From positions 1-57,271 of the forward strand of contig JALHMH010000030.1 of the NCBI GenBank assembly GCA_022844165.1: 57,271 bases of DNA, written 5' to 3'. This DNA comes from Lysobacterales bacterium (GTDB taxonomy: Bacteria; Pseudomonadota; Gammaproteobacteria; Xanthomonadales; SZUA-5). Both the position numbers and the translations under genes were made by a program. Shown here one piece after another: positions 47,931 through 57,271 of this stretch. A model generated the notes under the pieces. The model did not search any database. It saw nothing but the letters and a program-made list of their open reading frames with translations, and had not been told where the DNA came from. The stretch's first letter is position 1. Every line of letters starts with the position of its first letter.

Positions 47931-50006
47931 TCACGTCTCCCGCAACCCCTGGCTATACATCGTCGCCCACTCGCCCACTTCCTCCGCCATCAGTCGATAG
48001 GTGCGTTCGCTTAAGTTGAGTACGGCGTGGCTGGCGCTGATGCCGAAGGTGGGCGCGTGGGTTTGCAATTGCCTGGCTTCGACGAGCAGAAGGGACAGGG
48101 CGCCGGCCATGGCGCCGTGGCGGTCGGCGAGCTGTTCGGCTTGGGATTGGAATAGGATGCCGTTGAGCGTGGCCATCAGCGCTGGCAGCAGCGCCGTGAT
48201 GAACACCAATGCGACGCCGACGATCGATAGCACTTTGCCGATGGGTACGATCCAGGCTTCGGCGACGAGGCAAGTCGCAAGCTGCGAATTCAGTATGAGT
48301 TTGGCAATGATCACGACGATGTCGATACCGACAATCCAGATCACTAACCCGCCGCAGGTGGCGATGCCGCGTTCGAGCATGCGGTGGACGGCGCTCATCT
48401 TGGCGTGGGTGCTGGCGTGATGCGCGATTTGATCGTTGATCAACTGAATCAGCCCAACGATCGCCAACCGGCTATCGCCTCGCCGCGCGGCGCTATTGCC
48501 GGGAGCCATGGCGTCGGCGCGGCCGATCGGCAGGCTGTCCTCCAGCGGCAAACGCCGCACGAAGTCCTCGGTGACGTGGTGCGCCGGACCCTGTCGCGAT
48601 GTTTGGTGTACCAGATCGACGCGCGCACTGCCGATGCCAATCAGATTCGGCATGACACGCAACCGCTCGGCGATGTAGCGCAGCTCGACCGACAGTTTCC
48701 CGGCCTTGGTCTCTTCGGCACGCTGCGTGTTGTCGCTGATCTTCCACACGATTCCGAACTTCGCCACCGCGAGCGAGAACAAAGCGACAAGCGACCATGG
48801 CCCAGGTTTGCCCATCGCCAAAATCGACAGTGAAACCAACGCAAGAACCACAGCAAGCAAGCCCAGCCAGTAGTTGCTGATGAAGAGACTGCGGTATTCG
48901 GCCATGCGACCCGTCTGCGAGGTGCCTACTTGACGGCGCCAGTGAGCGACCGTCAGCACTTCCTCTTTGATTTCCGGAAGCGTTGGGCCCGCGAAGAAAA
49001 GGCCAGCAACGCCGAGCGTCAATGCGCTCAACGATTGCCAGGGCGATGGCTCAGATAACTTCAGTTGCGCTGGTTTCTTCTCGCTGCTGCTGGTATTCGT
49101 TTCGCTCGCGGGAATCAGCACCGCAAGCAGCTCGGCCTCGTAGGTTTGAGCGTAAACTCTGAACGGCCGCTCAAACGCGTCCCATCGTGTCGACTGCTTT
49201 TGCCCAGGCTGCGGATCGCAGGCGCTTCGAAGCGAGTGCTTCGCATCGGATATCAAGGATGGCGCAGAAAGCGCGGACTTCAGAACCGCTCGCCACACAT
49301 CCCGCCAGTCGTCGCTCGGCACGTAGTCCGCACGCAACTCTTCGATATAGCGCAACACGAACACGTCTTGACTGGCTGGATCGATCACCAACACCGGCGT
49401 GTCCAAACTCATCCCGCGCTGAATGGTCTCTCGCGTGCCGCCTGCCTCGCCCTCTTGCTCGCGATCGATCACGGCAACGAGGAACTCGCACTGGCGAATC
49501 AGTACCTCGGACTGATAGCAATGTGCGGCGGCGCGGATGCGCTTTTCGCGCTTCATTTGCTCGTCGTTGATCGCCTTGCCGGCTGCAGGGTCGGGTCGAC
49601 TGCGCGGCATCTCGCCATCGAGCACGAGTTCGAACGTGTTGGGTTTGGCGATGACGGCGGTGCGACGTGCATCGAACCCCGCGATCTCCGTCTCTTCACT
49701 GCGCAGCTTGAAGTCGTTCACCGCACAGGGATAGATCAGCAGCAACTCATGCGGCTGCGCCGAGTGGCTGTCGCGCCAGTCGCAATAGCTCGTTACCGCC
49801 AGGCTGTCCGCGCCATTCGCCATGCCACTGGCCAGACGCGATAACTCGACCGACTCGGGCGCGGACCAAGTCGCGCTCGTTGCCCAGACCTCCGTCAGCC
49901 GCTCAACCAGCCAAGCCGTCTCTTCCGGCAAGCTGCGCGCACCCACGAACCCCATGCGCACTCGCGGCGGCGATGACACGATGCTCGGAAAACTGCGCTC
50001 TGACAT
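47931..50006 (-). CDS. SLOG-like domain fused to two SLATT-like 2TM units (paralogue 2)
   Basis: RMGFVGARSL, ASGMANGAD, LIRQCEFLVAVID, AGGTRETIQR..PVLVID; four TMs; LRYIAERLR, DQIAHH, RLMAEEVGEW. Confidence 0.75.
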   Translation of the reverse strand: MSERSFPSIVSSPPRVRMGFVGARSLPEETAWLVERLTEVWATSATWSAPESVELSRLASGMANGADSLAVTSYCDWRDSHSAQPHELLLIYPCAVNDFKLRSEETEIAGFDARRTAVIAKPNTFELVLDGEMPRSRPDPAAGKAINDEQMKREKRIRAAAHCYQSEVLIRQCEFLVAVIDREQEGEAGGTRETIQRGMSLDTPVLVIDPASQDVFVLRYIEELRADYVPSDDWRDVWRAVLKSALSAPSLISDAKHSLRSACDPQPGQKQSTRWDAFERPFRVYAQTYEAELLAVLIPASETNTSSSEKKPAQLKLSEPSPWQSLSALTLGVAGLFFAGPTLPEIKEEVLTVAHWRRQVGTSQTGRMAEYRSLFISNYWLGLLAVVLALVSLSILAMGKPGPWSLVALFSLAVAKFGIVWKISDNTQRAEETKAGKLSVELRYIAERLRVMPNLIGIGSARVDLVHQTSRQGPAHHVTEDFVRRLPLEDSLPIGRADAMAPGNSAARRGDSRLAIVGLIQLINDQIAHHASTHAKMSAVHRMLERGIATCGGLVIWIVGIDIVVIIAKLILNSQLATCLVAEAWIVPIGKVLSIVGVALVFITALLPALMATLNGILFQSQAEQLADRHGAMAGALSLLLVEARQLQTHAPTFGISASHAVLNLSERTYRLMAEEVGEWATMYSQGLRET

Positions 50007-50455
50007 ACACGCCCCCCAATCGATGGTCGCTCGATTCGAATCTGCCGCGCACGCCTCACGAGGTCAATGGGCGGTCAGATTTTGCGAGATTTCGTTGCGG
50101 TGGAACCTGCGCACTTCGCTACCTGATTGAGGTAGCTTTCCCAAAATCGATCGCGGCACATGTGAAAACAAGAAATATAGGATGGCGATGACTCAATTCC
50201 TGGAACGCTACTTAGGACGACGCTCGCTCGCCGCGCGAGGATGGTGAGACCTTACGCGCCGAGACGACTCCTTCGGGGGAATGGCGCACGCATCCAATTG
50301 GCGACCGCAGAATGCGATTCGCGGATTCTAGATGCGAAGCACCTACGTCGAGGGTCCGCTTTTGGTTGCCGATAGCATCGTCGGGCCAGTCACTGCAGCG
50401 TCGATAGCGGAGTCTGTCCGTTTCAGGTTCGATTAGATTGAGAATTGAGGAGCAC

Positions 50456-51664
50456 ATGAGCGCGACAAAAAAAAACCAACTTCTGTTCTTTTCGCGATCC
50501 TTCGACCAGACAGATGCTGTTGTAAACGACTTCTTCGCCGCGATCGCTGCGGGACTCGAAATAAATCTAAGCGATATCGGATACGGTTCGCCACAAGCAC
50601 CAATCGAAAAGTGCCGTGACCTAATCGCCAGTGCTGGCGGTGTTTTCGTAGTTGCGGTCCGGCGAACCCCACTAAAAAACGGCCGGTTCGCAATGCCGGA
50701 CGCATGCCGTGACGAAATTGGGATGGCCTACGGCCTCAGAAAACCAATAGTAATATTTTGCGAGGATGGCGTAGAGGTGGAGGGTTTTGCAAAACACTAC
50801 GGGACACGTCAGACATTCTCACGGATTGATCTCCATAAACCGAATCATATTAGAGATACGATCCGAGCGATCAGAGAACTATATTTGAAAGTAATTGGCG
50901 ACTTTCCCATTCAAACGGATATGATGAGAGCGGATATATACTCTGAAGGAACAAAACTGCTTGCAGATCTTCGCCGTGATTCCAAGGGCTGGTTTTGGGA
51001 ACTCATTGTGAAAAAGAGACTGATATTCAATGAAGACTTGAATCAGCCGCTGACGGATGGAACCTGGGCATCTTCTGCAATTGCGGTACCGGAAAGTGCA
51101 CCACGCATTCTCTTCTCGATAAATCCCTTAGAATCGAGTCGAAAATTTAAGCTCACACCCAGCCTCAGGCGTCACACGGCATTATTGGTCGACTGCGTTA
51201 CAAGCGTTTCTCCCAAGCCCAAGAAAGGTGACTGGCTAGAGTATGAAGCCAAGTCTCAGTCGCGGTACCTTAATCCACTCGTTATGGAGGACCTTTTATC
51301 CCGTGACTCTCCGTACGTTATAGGCGGAAAGCAATATTTTTGCTTAGAAGGCTTAGTGCCAGTTCAACTTACAGAAAAATTGGAGATTGAATTGAGATTT
51401 GAAAGAGGATATCCAATTCACAAATCAAGCCCTTGCATGGTATCGGGACCCCATTCAAACTCGCTTGACCGATTGGATACGGAGGAGACTGCCCGAATGG
51501 TCTGTACCGAGCGCGATACGATCGGGGGCGAGACTAGAGTTAGAACGCTCGTTCATAAGCCCCGACAAAATTACCTCTATGGAATAGCTTGGAATCCCTT
51601 GCCAACGGACAGCCTCGATAAAGCACATGCCTCTGGAACGGGGAATGCGGAGGCACGTTCCTGA
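50456..51664 (+). CDS. TIR-like domain plus C-terminal beta-sandwich domain(s); low-GC gene
   Basis: LFFSRSF, IEKCRDLIASAGGVFVVA, CRDEIGMAYGLRKPIVIFCE; C-terminal strand pattern ending TEKLEIELRF...KPRQNYLYGIAW; RBS GAGGAG; visibly AT-richer than neighbours. Confidence 0.75.
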   Translation: MSATKKNQLLFFSRSFDQTDAVVNDFFAAIAAGLEINLSDIGYGSPQAPIEKCRDLIASAGGVFVVAVRRTPLKNGRFAMPDACRDEIGMAYGLRKPIVIFCEDGVEVEGFAKHYGTRQTFSRIDLHKPNHIRDTIRAIRELYLKVIGDFPIQTDMMRADIYSEGTKLLADLRRDSKGWFWELIVKKRLIFNEDLNQPLTDGTWASSAIAVPESAPRILFSINPLESSRKFKLTPSLRRHTALLVDCVTSVSPKPKKGDWLEYEAKSQSRYLNPLVMEDLLSRDSPYVIGGKQYFCLEGLVPVQLTEKLEIELRFERGYPIHKSSPCMVSGPHSNSLDRLDTEETARMVCTERDTIGGETRVRTLVHKPRQNYLYGIAWNPLPTDSLDKAHASGTGNAEARS

Positions 51665-51874
51665 CCTCATCCGTAAGCAGGCATCTAGCACCTATTGATC
51701 GTATTGACTTGTGTTTTTCAAAATTGGCACTCATTGGTGTTTGCGGTGGACATTTGGCGCCGAGCTCCTGGAGATCGCTTCTTTCTCTCGGGCTCTACTC
51801 GGCCGATGGCGGTGAGGGAGTCGACGCCAAATTTGGCGCGCCTCGCTGCCCAAAAGCCCCTGTCGCGTCAACCG

Positions 51875-52438
51875 CTACAACTGCCAGAGCAACGCCAACT
51901 CCAACGGCGCATCAGCAAACGGCTTGATGGCTGCAACATCGTCGCCGCCGTGGGTTGCCAGCAGCAGCCATTGGCCGGACGGCGAGCGCTCGTAGGCTTC
52001 GAGCGTCTGCGGGTCGGGGTCGATGAGCCACAAATGATCGACACCAGCAAGGGCGTAGGTGCTCATTTTGATGCGTCGATCGAAACGCGCGGTGCTCGGC
52101 GACAGCACTTCGCAAATCCAGTTTGGAACGATGTCGATATAGGCGTCTTTGGTCGGTACGACCGGCATCCGTTCGCGCCGCCAGCCGGCGAGATCGGGTA
52201 CGACGACGGCGCCGGCGATGTGTAGCTCGGGTTCATTCATCAGTACCCATCCGCCGGGCCCACCGCGGCCAAACCGAAATGGCATGCTCAACTGCCCGGA
52301 CAAACCCATGGACGTGACGGCGTGCCTGGGCGCAGGCCGTGGGCTGGTATGCAAAACACCTTGCACCAACTCGGCCACCAGGTGTTCCGGTGCGTTCAGC
52401 ACATCCTCGTAGGTCGCCAGTTTGCGCGCGGCGGTCAT
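51875..52438 (-). CDS. Uma2/DUF820-family PD-(D/E)xK-like protein
   Basis: ATYEDV, AELVQG, PAPRH, VVPDLAGWR, WICEVLSPST..DR..K..YA..GV.HLWLIDP. Confidence 0.9.
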   Translation of the reverse strand: MTAARKLATYEDVLNAPEHLVAELVQGVLHTSPRPAPRHAVTSMGLSGQLSMPFRFGRGGPGGWVLMNEPELHIAGAVVVPDLAGWRRERMPVVPTKDAYIDIVPNWICEVLSPSTARFDRRIKMSTYALAGVDHLWLIDPDPQTLEAYERSPSGQWLLLATHGGDDVAAIKPFADAPLELALLWQL

Positions 52439-52657
52439 GGCAATCATCCGACAATCAATGCGCGCCAATGTAGCGCGAGCGGTCCAGGGGCGCAACGCCA
52501 GCGTGGCTGCAACGATCGAGAGGTTCATTGGCGGCCTATCTGTGCGCGACTGGCCGCTCGATGCAGCTTCGCACTACGCGGCGCTGCGGGCGTCGGGTGC
52601 GCTTAGGCGTTTGACGAAACGGGCTCCCAGGTCTTTGCGACAGAACCCAACGCCGTC

Positions 52658-53638
52658 TCAATCAGCGCCGATACCGGTGATCCGCGCCACCACGGCATCC
52701 AACAATTCAGTGTCGATTTGCGTCGCGGTCGACATGCGCCAGCCGGGTGTGCCGGGCGTGAGTTTGACGGCGTCTTTTTCGGTGTAGATGCGGGGCAGAT
52801 CGTCGTCGAAGACGATGCGAGCCAGTTGTTCGGCGCTGGCATGGTCGGGCAAGGGATGTTCGATGACCTCAATGCCGCGGTCGCGACAGGCGTCGAAGAT
52901 GCGTCTGGGATTGCCAACACCGGCAATGATGTGCGCGGATTGACGGGCAAAGTGGCTTGCAGCGACACGCCTGCTGCCATCGAGTGCGTGGAATCCATCG
53001 ATCACTACGTGCATCGCGAACTCGCCGGCGCACGGTTCGCCGCCGTTGCGGACGATCGCGTCAACGCGGCTCAGGCGGCTCAAGGGGGTGCGCAAGGGGC
53101 CGGCGGGCAACATCCAACCATTGCCAAAACCACGGGTGCCGTCGATCACTGCAATCTCGAACATGCGCCCGAGCCGCCAGTGATCCAGGCCATCGTCGGC
53201 GATCACCACGTGCAATGGAACGGCATCGGTCAGGCGGCGCAGTGCGGCGACACGATCGACTCCCACCGCAACCGGCGCACCCGTACGCTGGACGATCATC
53301 AGCGGCTCGTCACCGACCTCGGTCGCGACGGCGTGCCGATCGACGAGTCGTACATCATGCGTGGTTCGACCGTAGCCGCGACTAATCACGCCCACCGCAA
53401 ACCCGCGTGCGCGAAGCCCTTCCACGAGCGCGATGACCAGCGGCGTTTTTCCGCTGCCGCCCACAGTAACATTGCCGACGACGACCACCGGCACCGGCGT
53501 GGCCGCTGGACGCGACATCGCCGCTGGCATGATCGACAACACCCGCAAGCCGCGATACACCAGACTCAACGCGCGCCATGGCCATGCCGGCGGCCCGCCC
53601 CCATACCAGCGGCGCAACCACACCTCTTCAGGCGTCAT
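52658..53638 (-). CDS. lpxK: Tetraacyldisaccharide 4'-kinase
   Basis: PVVVVGNVTVGGSGKTP, ISRGYG, GDEP, IADDGL, PAGPLR, PDH, TEKDAVK; overlaps the msbA stop. Confidence 0.95.
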   Translation of the reverse strand: MTPEEVWLRRWYGGGPPAWPWRALSLVYRGLRVLSIMPAAMSRPAATPVPVVVVGNVTVGGSGKTPLVIALVEGLRARGFAVGVISRGYGRTTHDVRLVDRHAVATEVGDEPLMIVQRTGAPVAVGVDRVAALRRLTDAVPLHVVIADDGLDHWRLGRMFEIAVIDGTRGFGNGWMLPAGPLRTPLSRLSRVDAIVRNGGEPCAGEFAMHVVIDGFHALDGSRRVAASHFARQSAHIIAGVGNPRRIFDACRDRGIEVIEHPLPDHASAEQLARIVFDDDLPRIYTEKDAVKLTPGTPGWRMSTATQIDTELLDAVVARITGIGAD

Positions 53639-55469
53639 GGCTAAGCTCGGTTTGCGCCAGCGCCGCGTAGTGCCCACCGCGGGCGAGCAGCTCGGCATGT
53701 GTGCCACTTTCGACGATCCGGCCACGGTCCATCACGACAATGCGATCGGCGCGTTCCACGGTCGACAAACGATGCGCGATGACCAGGGTCGTGCGGCCAC
53801 GCATGGCCTCGCTGAGGGCTTGTTGCACGAGGCGTTCGGAGCGATTGTCGAGTGCCGATGTGGCCTCGTCCAGAATCAGAATTGGCGCATTCTTGAGTAG
53901 CGCGCGCGCCAGCGCCAGGCGTTGCCGTTGTCCGCCGGACAATGCCGCACCGCGCTCGCCGATCGGCGTGTCCAAACCGTGTGGCAGGCTTTCGATGAAT
54001 TCCATCGCATGCGCAGCGACAGCCGCTTCGATCACTTTTTCGCGCGGCGCGCTGCGCAGAGCGCCATAGGCGATGTTGTGCGCGACGGTGTCGTTGAACA
54101 GCACCACTTGTTGGCTGACGAACGCGATCTGCGCACGTAGCGATAACAACGCAAACTCCGTAACAGGCACACCATCGATGCGCACCGAGCCACTATCGGG
54201 TTCATAGAGGCGTGCGAGCAATGAGACCAGCGACGATTTGCCGCTACCCGAACGCCCCACCAACGCGACCGTTTCGCCGGCAGCGACGCTGAGTGTCAAC
54301 GCATCCAGCGCCGACTCGTCACGACCCGGATAACGCAGACTCACCTGATCGAAACAGATCGCACCTTGCACGCGCTCCGGGCGATGTTGACCGGCATCTT
54401 TCTCCGGTGGTTCGTCGAGCACTTCGAAGACCGATTCGGCGGCAGCCAGACCGCGCTGGATCAGGGCCTGAGCCTGCGTCAGCCGTTTCAGCGATGGCAA
54501 GATCGCCAGCATCGCCGTCATGAAGGCGGTGAAGCCGCCCGGCGTCAGGCGTTCCAGTTCACCTGGACGCGTGGCGAGGAAAACCACGAGCGCCAGCGCG
54601 CTTGCGGCGAGTATTTGCACAGTGGCCGAACTCAGCGCGTTGGTCGCCGTGATCTTTAGATGTTGGCGGCGGTTGTGTTCGTTGACCTTCGCAAAGCGCT
54701 CGCGTTCTTCTGACTGCCCGCCGTAAATCTTGATCTCACGCTCGCCGAGGATCGCGTCCTGGCCCATTTGCGTGACATCGGACAGCGAAGCCTGAATGCG
54801 CCGGCTGATCGCCCGATAGCGCTTACTGACAATGCGTACAACAAGCGCGATGGCCGGCCCGGCGATCAGCACCGATGCGGCAAGCAGGGGGCTCTGCCAG
54901 AACATCACACCGAGCAGCGCCAGAATAATCAGCGTATCGAGCACTGCAATCTTGACACCTTCAGTGCTCGACTGCCCGATTTGTTCAACCTGCATGGACA
55001 GACGCGTCAATGCATCGCCGCTCGGCCGCTCCGAAAAGTAGCGCGATGGCAGCGCCAGATAACGATCGAACACTTCGGCGCGCAAGTCGGCGATCATTCG
55101 GCGCGAGATCAACGCCATTCCGTAGTCGCCCAGATACACGCCAATGCCGCGCACGACGAACAGCGCAATGATCGCCAGCGGCAACCACGCAATCACGATG
55201 GAGTTACGCGCACCGAGTGCATCGTCGAGCAGCGGCTGCATCAGAGACGTAAATCCCGCCGCGACGAGCGCTTCCAGCAACATGCCCAGAAACGCCACCA
55301 GCGCGATCTTCCCGTGCGGTCGGGCATAAGGCAGCAGGCGGCGATAGAGGATGCGATCTTGCAAGGACAATGGCCGTGGGGCGGGCGCGCGATGATCGCG
55401 GTTGCGCGAGTGTGCGCCAAGTGGGTAGCTTGGCGGTATTGGGCGTTGGTTCCCGAGAATTTTCGACAT
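53628..55469 (-). CDS. msbA: Lipid A export ABC transporter
   Basis: Six-TM ABC membrane domain plus NBD (GRSGSGKS, LSGGQRQR, ILDEATSALD, IAHRLST); immediately upstream of lpxK. Exact start uncertain. Confidence 0.93.
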   Translation of the reverse strand: MSKILGNQRPIPPSYPLGAHSRNRDHRAPAPRPLSLQDRILYRRLLPYARPHGKIALVAFLGMLLEALVAAGFTSLMQPLLDDALGARNSIVIAWLPLAIIALFVVRGIGVYLGDYGMALISRRMIADLRAEVFDRYLALPSRYFSERPSGDALTRLSMQVEQIGQSSTEGVKIAVLDTLIILALLGVMFWQSPLLAASVLIAGPAIALVVRIVSKRYRAISRRIQASLSDVTQMGQDAILGEREIKIYGGQSEERERFAKVNEHNRRQHLKITATNALSSATVQILAASALALVVFLATRPGELERLTPGGFTAFMTAMLAILPSLKRLTQAQALIQRGLAAAESVFEVLDEPPEKDAGQHRPERVQGAICFDQVSLRYPGRDESALDALTLSVAAGETVALVGRSGSGKSSLVSLLARLYEPDSGSVRIDGVPVTEFALLSLRAQIAFVSQQVVLFNDTVAHNIAYGALRSAPREKVIEAAVAAHAMEFIESLPHGLDTPIGERGAALSGGQRQRLALARALLKNAPILILDEATSALDNRSERLVQQALSEAMRGRTTLVIAHRLSTVERADRIVVMDRGRIVESGTHAELLARGGHYAALAQTELSHDA

Positions 55470-55579
55470 ATTGCCGCGCTTCGCGCGCCCCCTGACTCAA
55501 AAGGGCCTTCAAGAGCCAAACCTGCTTTGTAGAAAATTCGACTTCATCGTCCAGATCGCCTTCCATCGAGGACTTTAGT

Positions 55580-57271
55580 GTGAGCACGCCATATTTGATC
55601 GACACGCGGCGTTTGACGGGGCGGACGATTCTGCTCGACGCACCGGGTGCGGTGCTGGAAACGCGTCCGCCACCGGCCATTGCGGTTCACCTGGGTGCAC
55701 GCTGGCGCCGCGAGGCGCGCTACATCGGCAGGGCACTGGGTTGGCACGATGTCGAGGTAGCCAGCCGCTGGTTTGAGCCCACCTTGCATCTGGCGCTGTC
55801 GGCGCCGCTCGATCAACTGATGATTGCCACGCATGTGGCGGAATGGGCATGGGAGCTGGCGTTGCACGGCATCACCGAACACATCGCGCCGCGGCGCTCG
55901 CGCATCGTGGCGCGGATGCAGCGCCGCTCCGATGCAGCGGCGATGCCCGCCCTGCGCGCCTTTCACGCAGCGGCGCTGAAGGCGCGTGCGCAACTTCTGA
56001 TCGGCGATGGCGATCTCAGCGTCGGTGAGGGCAAAGACGCCAGCGTCTACGCGTTCGCCGAAGTGCCGGACCCGGCCAGCGTCGATTGGCCGAGCAAACG
56101 CCATCGATTGCCCGTGGCGCTGGTCACCGGCACCAACGGCAAGACCACGACGACACGTTTGCTTGCACGCATGGCCAAGGCGGCTGGATTTGTCGCCGGG
56201 CATTGTTGTACCGACGCGGTCGAGGTCGGCGACGAGGTGCTCGACCGCGACGATTACTCCGGCCCGGGCGGCAGCCGGCGTGTGCTGCGCCATCCCGATT
56301 GCGAATTCGCTGTATTGGAGGTTGCGCGCGGCGGTCTGTTGCGTCGTGGCCTCGCGGTGCGCACAGCGGATGCGGCGATCGTCACCAACATTGGCGACGA
56401 TCATTTGAACGACATGGGAATCCACAGCAAACGCCAACTTGCCGAGGTCAAATTCCTCGTGGCGAAAGCGCTTCGGCCGGGCGGCGTGTTGGTCACCAAT
56501 GCCGACAACGAGTATTGCCGCGAGCAGGCACGGCGCCTGGGCAAACCCACGGCGTGGTTCTCGCTGGCGCCGCCGACGCGCTCGCTGTTTCGTGGTGTCA
56601 ACACCCGCGGTGTGGCTTTTGTCGAAGCTGGTGTGATGACCTACCAGCTTGGCGCACGCACCATCCGCGTGTTACCCACGGACGACTTGGGCATGCCTGG
56701 CGGTGGCGCGGCGCGGCACAACGTCGCCAACGCACTGGCGGCGATGGCCGCCGCCATCCATCTGAAACTGCCACTGAACGCGATCCGCAGCACATTGCGC
56801 GAATTCGGTCGCGACCGCAACGACAACCGTGGTCGCAGCAATCTCTATCGGCTGCGCAGCGGCGCGCAGGTGCTCGCCGATTTTGGCCACAATCCGGAGA
56901 GCCTGTCGGCGGTCTTCGCAACGGCCAGGGCGTTGCCGCATCGGCGCCTGCTGGTGTCGATCGGACAAGCCGGCGATCGCGACGATGACGCCATCGTCGC
57001 GCTCGGGCGCATGGCAGGCGAGGCCAACCCAGATCGATTGTTGATCAAGGATATGGAGAAGTACCTGCGTGGTCGCCAACCGGGTGAGATTCCCGCGCTG
57101 CTTGCGCAGGGAGCGCACGCAGCAGGCTTCCCGGACGACCGCGTCGAATTTGTCGCTGGCGATCTGGCGGCGTGGCACAGCGCCGAAAACTGGCTGCAAG
57201 AAGGCGATTTGGCGGTACTGTTCGTGCACAGCGAAAACGAGGCTGTGTTTGCAGCCATCGAAGCGGCATCG
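55580..57271 (+). CDS. Mur-ligase-family protein resembling the C-terminal half of cyanophycin synthetase (runs off the window)
   Basis: Not in the ORF track because it has no stop in the window. Manual translation from GTG 55580 (RBS GAGGA): IDTRRLTG, VALVTGTNGKTTTTRL, DYSGPGG, LEVARGGLLRRGL, VTNIGDDHL, HNVANALAA, DFGHNPES, AGDRDD. Confidence 0.85.
   Translation, partial: MSTPYLIDTRRLTGRTILLDAPGAVLETRPPPAIAVHLGARWRREARYIGRALGWHDVEVASRWFEPTLHLALSAPLDQLMIATHVAEWAWELALHGITEHIAPRRSRIVARMQRRSDAAAMPALRAFHAAALKARAQLLIGDGDLSVGEGKDASVYAFAEVPDPASVDWPSKRHRLPVALVTGTNGKTTTTRLLARMAKAAGFVAGHCCTDAVEVGDEVLDRDDYSGPGGSRRVLRHPDCEFAVLEVARGGLLRRGLAVRTADAAIVTNIGDDHLNDMGIHSKRQLAEVKFLVAKALRPGGVLVTNADNEYCREQARRLGKPTAWFSLAPPTRSLFRGVNTRGVAFVEAGVMTYQLGARTIRVLPTDDLGMPGGGAARHNVANALAAMAAAIHLKLPLNAIRSTLREFGRDRNDNRGRSNLYRLRSGAQVLADFGHNPESLSAVFATARALPHRRLLVSIGQAGDRDDDAIVALGRMAGEANPDRLLIKDMEKYLRGRQPGEIPALLAQGAHAAGFPDDRVEFVAGDLAAWHSAENWLQEGDLAVLFVHSENEAVFAAIEAAS

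Larger units (their letters stand above)
18025..52600. mobile_element. Accessory/defence island between maiA and lpxK (boundaries approximate)
   Basis: Continuous run of non-housekeeping conflict-type genes with heterogeneous base composition. No integrase, transposase, tRNA or flanking direct repeat seen, so mobility is not demonstrated. Confidence 0.5.

Noticed and set aside
50100-50440. Palindrome GCTACCT-N5-AGGTAGC and GTCCGCTTTTGG-like motifs as cassette recombination sites or a small RNA
   Set aside because: Single degenerate occurrences with no second copy flanking the gene; cannot be distinguished from chance or ordinary promoter elements.
1-57271. CRISPR arrays, tRNA/rRNA genes, IS elements, prophage genes
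   Set aside because: No regularly spaced repeats, cloverleaf or rRNA-like segments, transposase, integrase or phage structural motifs were seen by eye.

Overview
GC-rich bacterial chromosomal window. Gene style (RpoD, OleB-like hydrolase, DUF3016, cytochrome c5, MaiA, MsbA/LpxK) suggests Xanthomonadales/Lysobacterales; this is inference. Housekeeping genes occupy about 1-18 kb and 52.6-57.3 kb, and the left part carries an inserted ABC-ATPase + DUF4276 pair. Between maiA and lpxK lies a ~34 kb accessory region with no integrase or tRNA, made of two modules. Module 1 (18354-37984) is a co-oriented four-gene, ~19.6 kb operon with no signal peptides: a 958-aa protein with six FN3-like repeats ending in a ThiS/SLBB-like beta-grasp, a 1170-aa beta-rich protein, a stand-alone ComEC-type metallo-beta-lactamase-fold hydrolase, and a 3889-aa protein with a long amphipathic beta-sheet region and two LysM-like arrays. 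I cannot assign it to any characterised system; it is the best candidate for an undescribed one. Module 2 (38034-51664) is a conflict/defence cluster: three TIR proteins with different putative sensors (TM + FGE/C-lectin fold, STAND NTPase, beta-sandwich), two SLOG-SLATT membrane proteins and a predicted outer-membrane barrel. Together these suggest Thoeris-like nucleotide signalling to membrane effectors. All domain calls are by-eye motif recognition; no database search was run.
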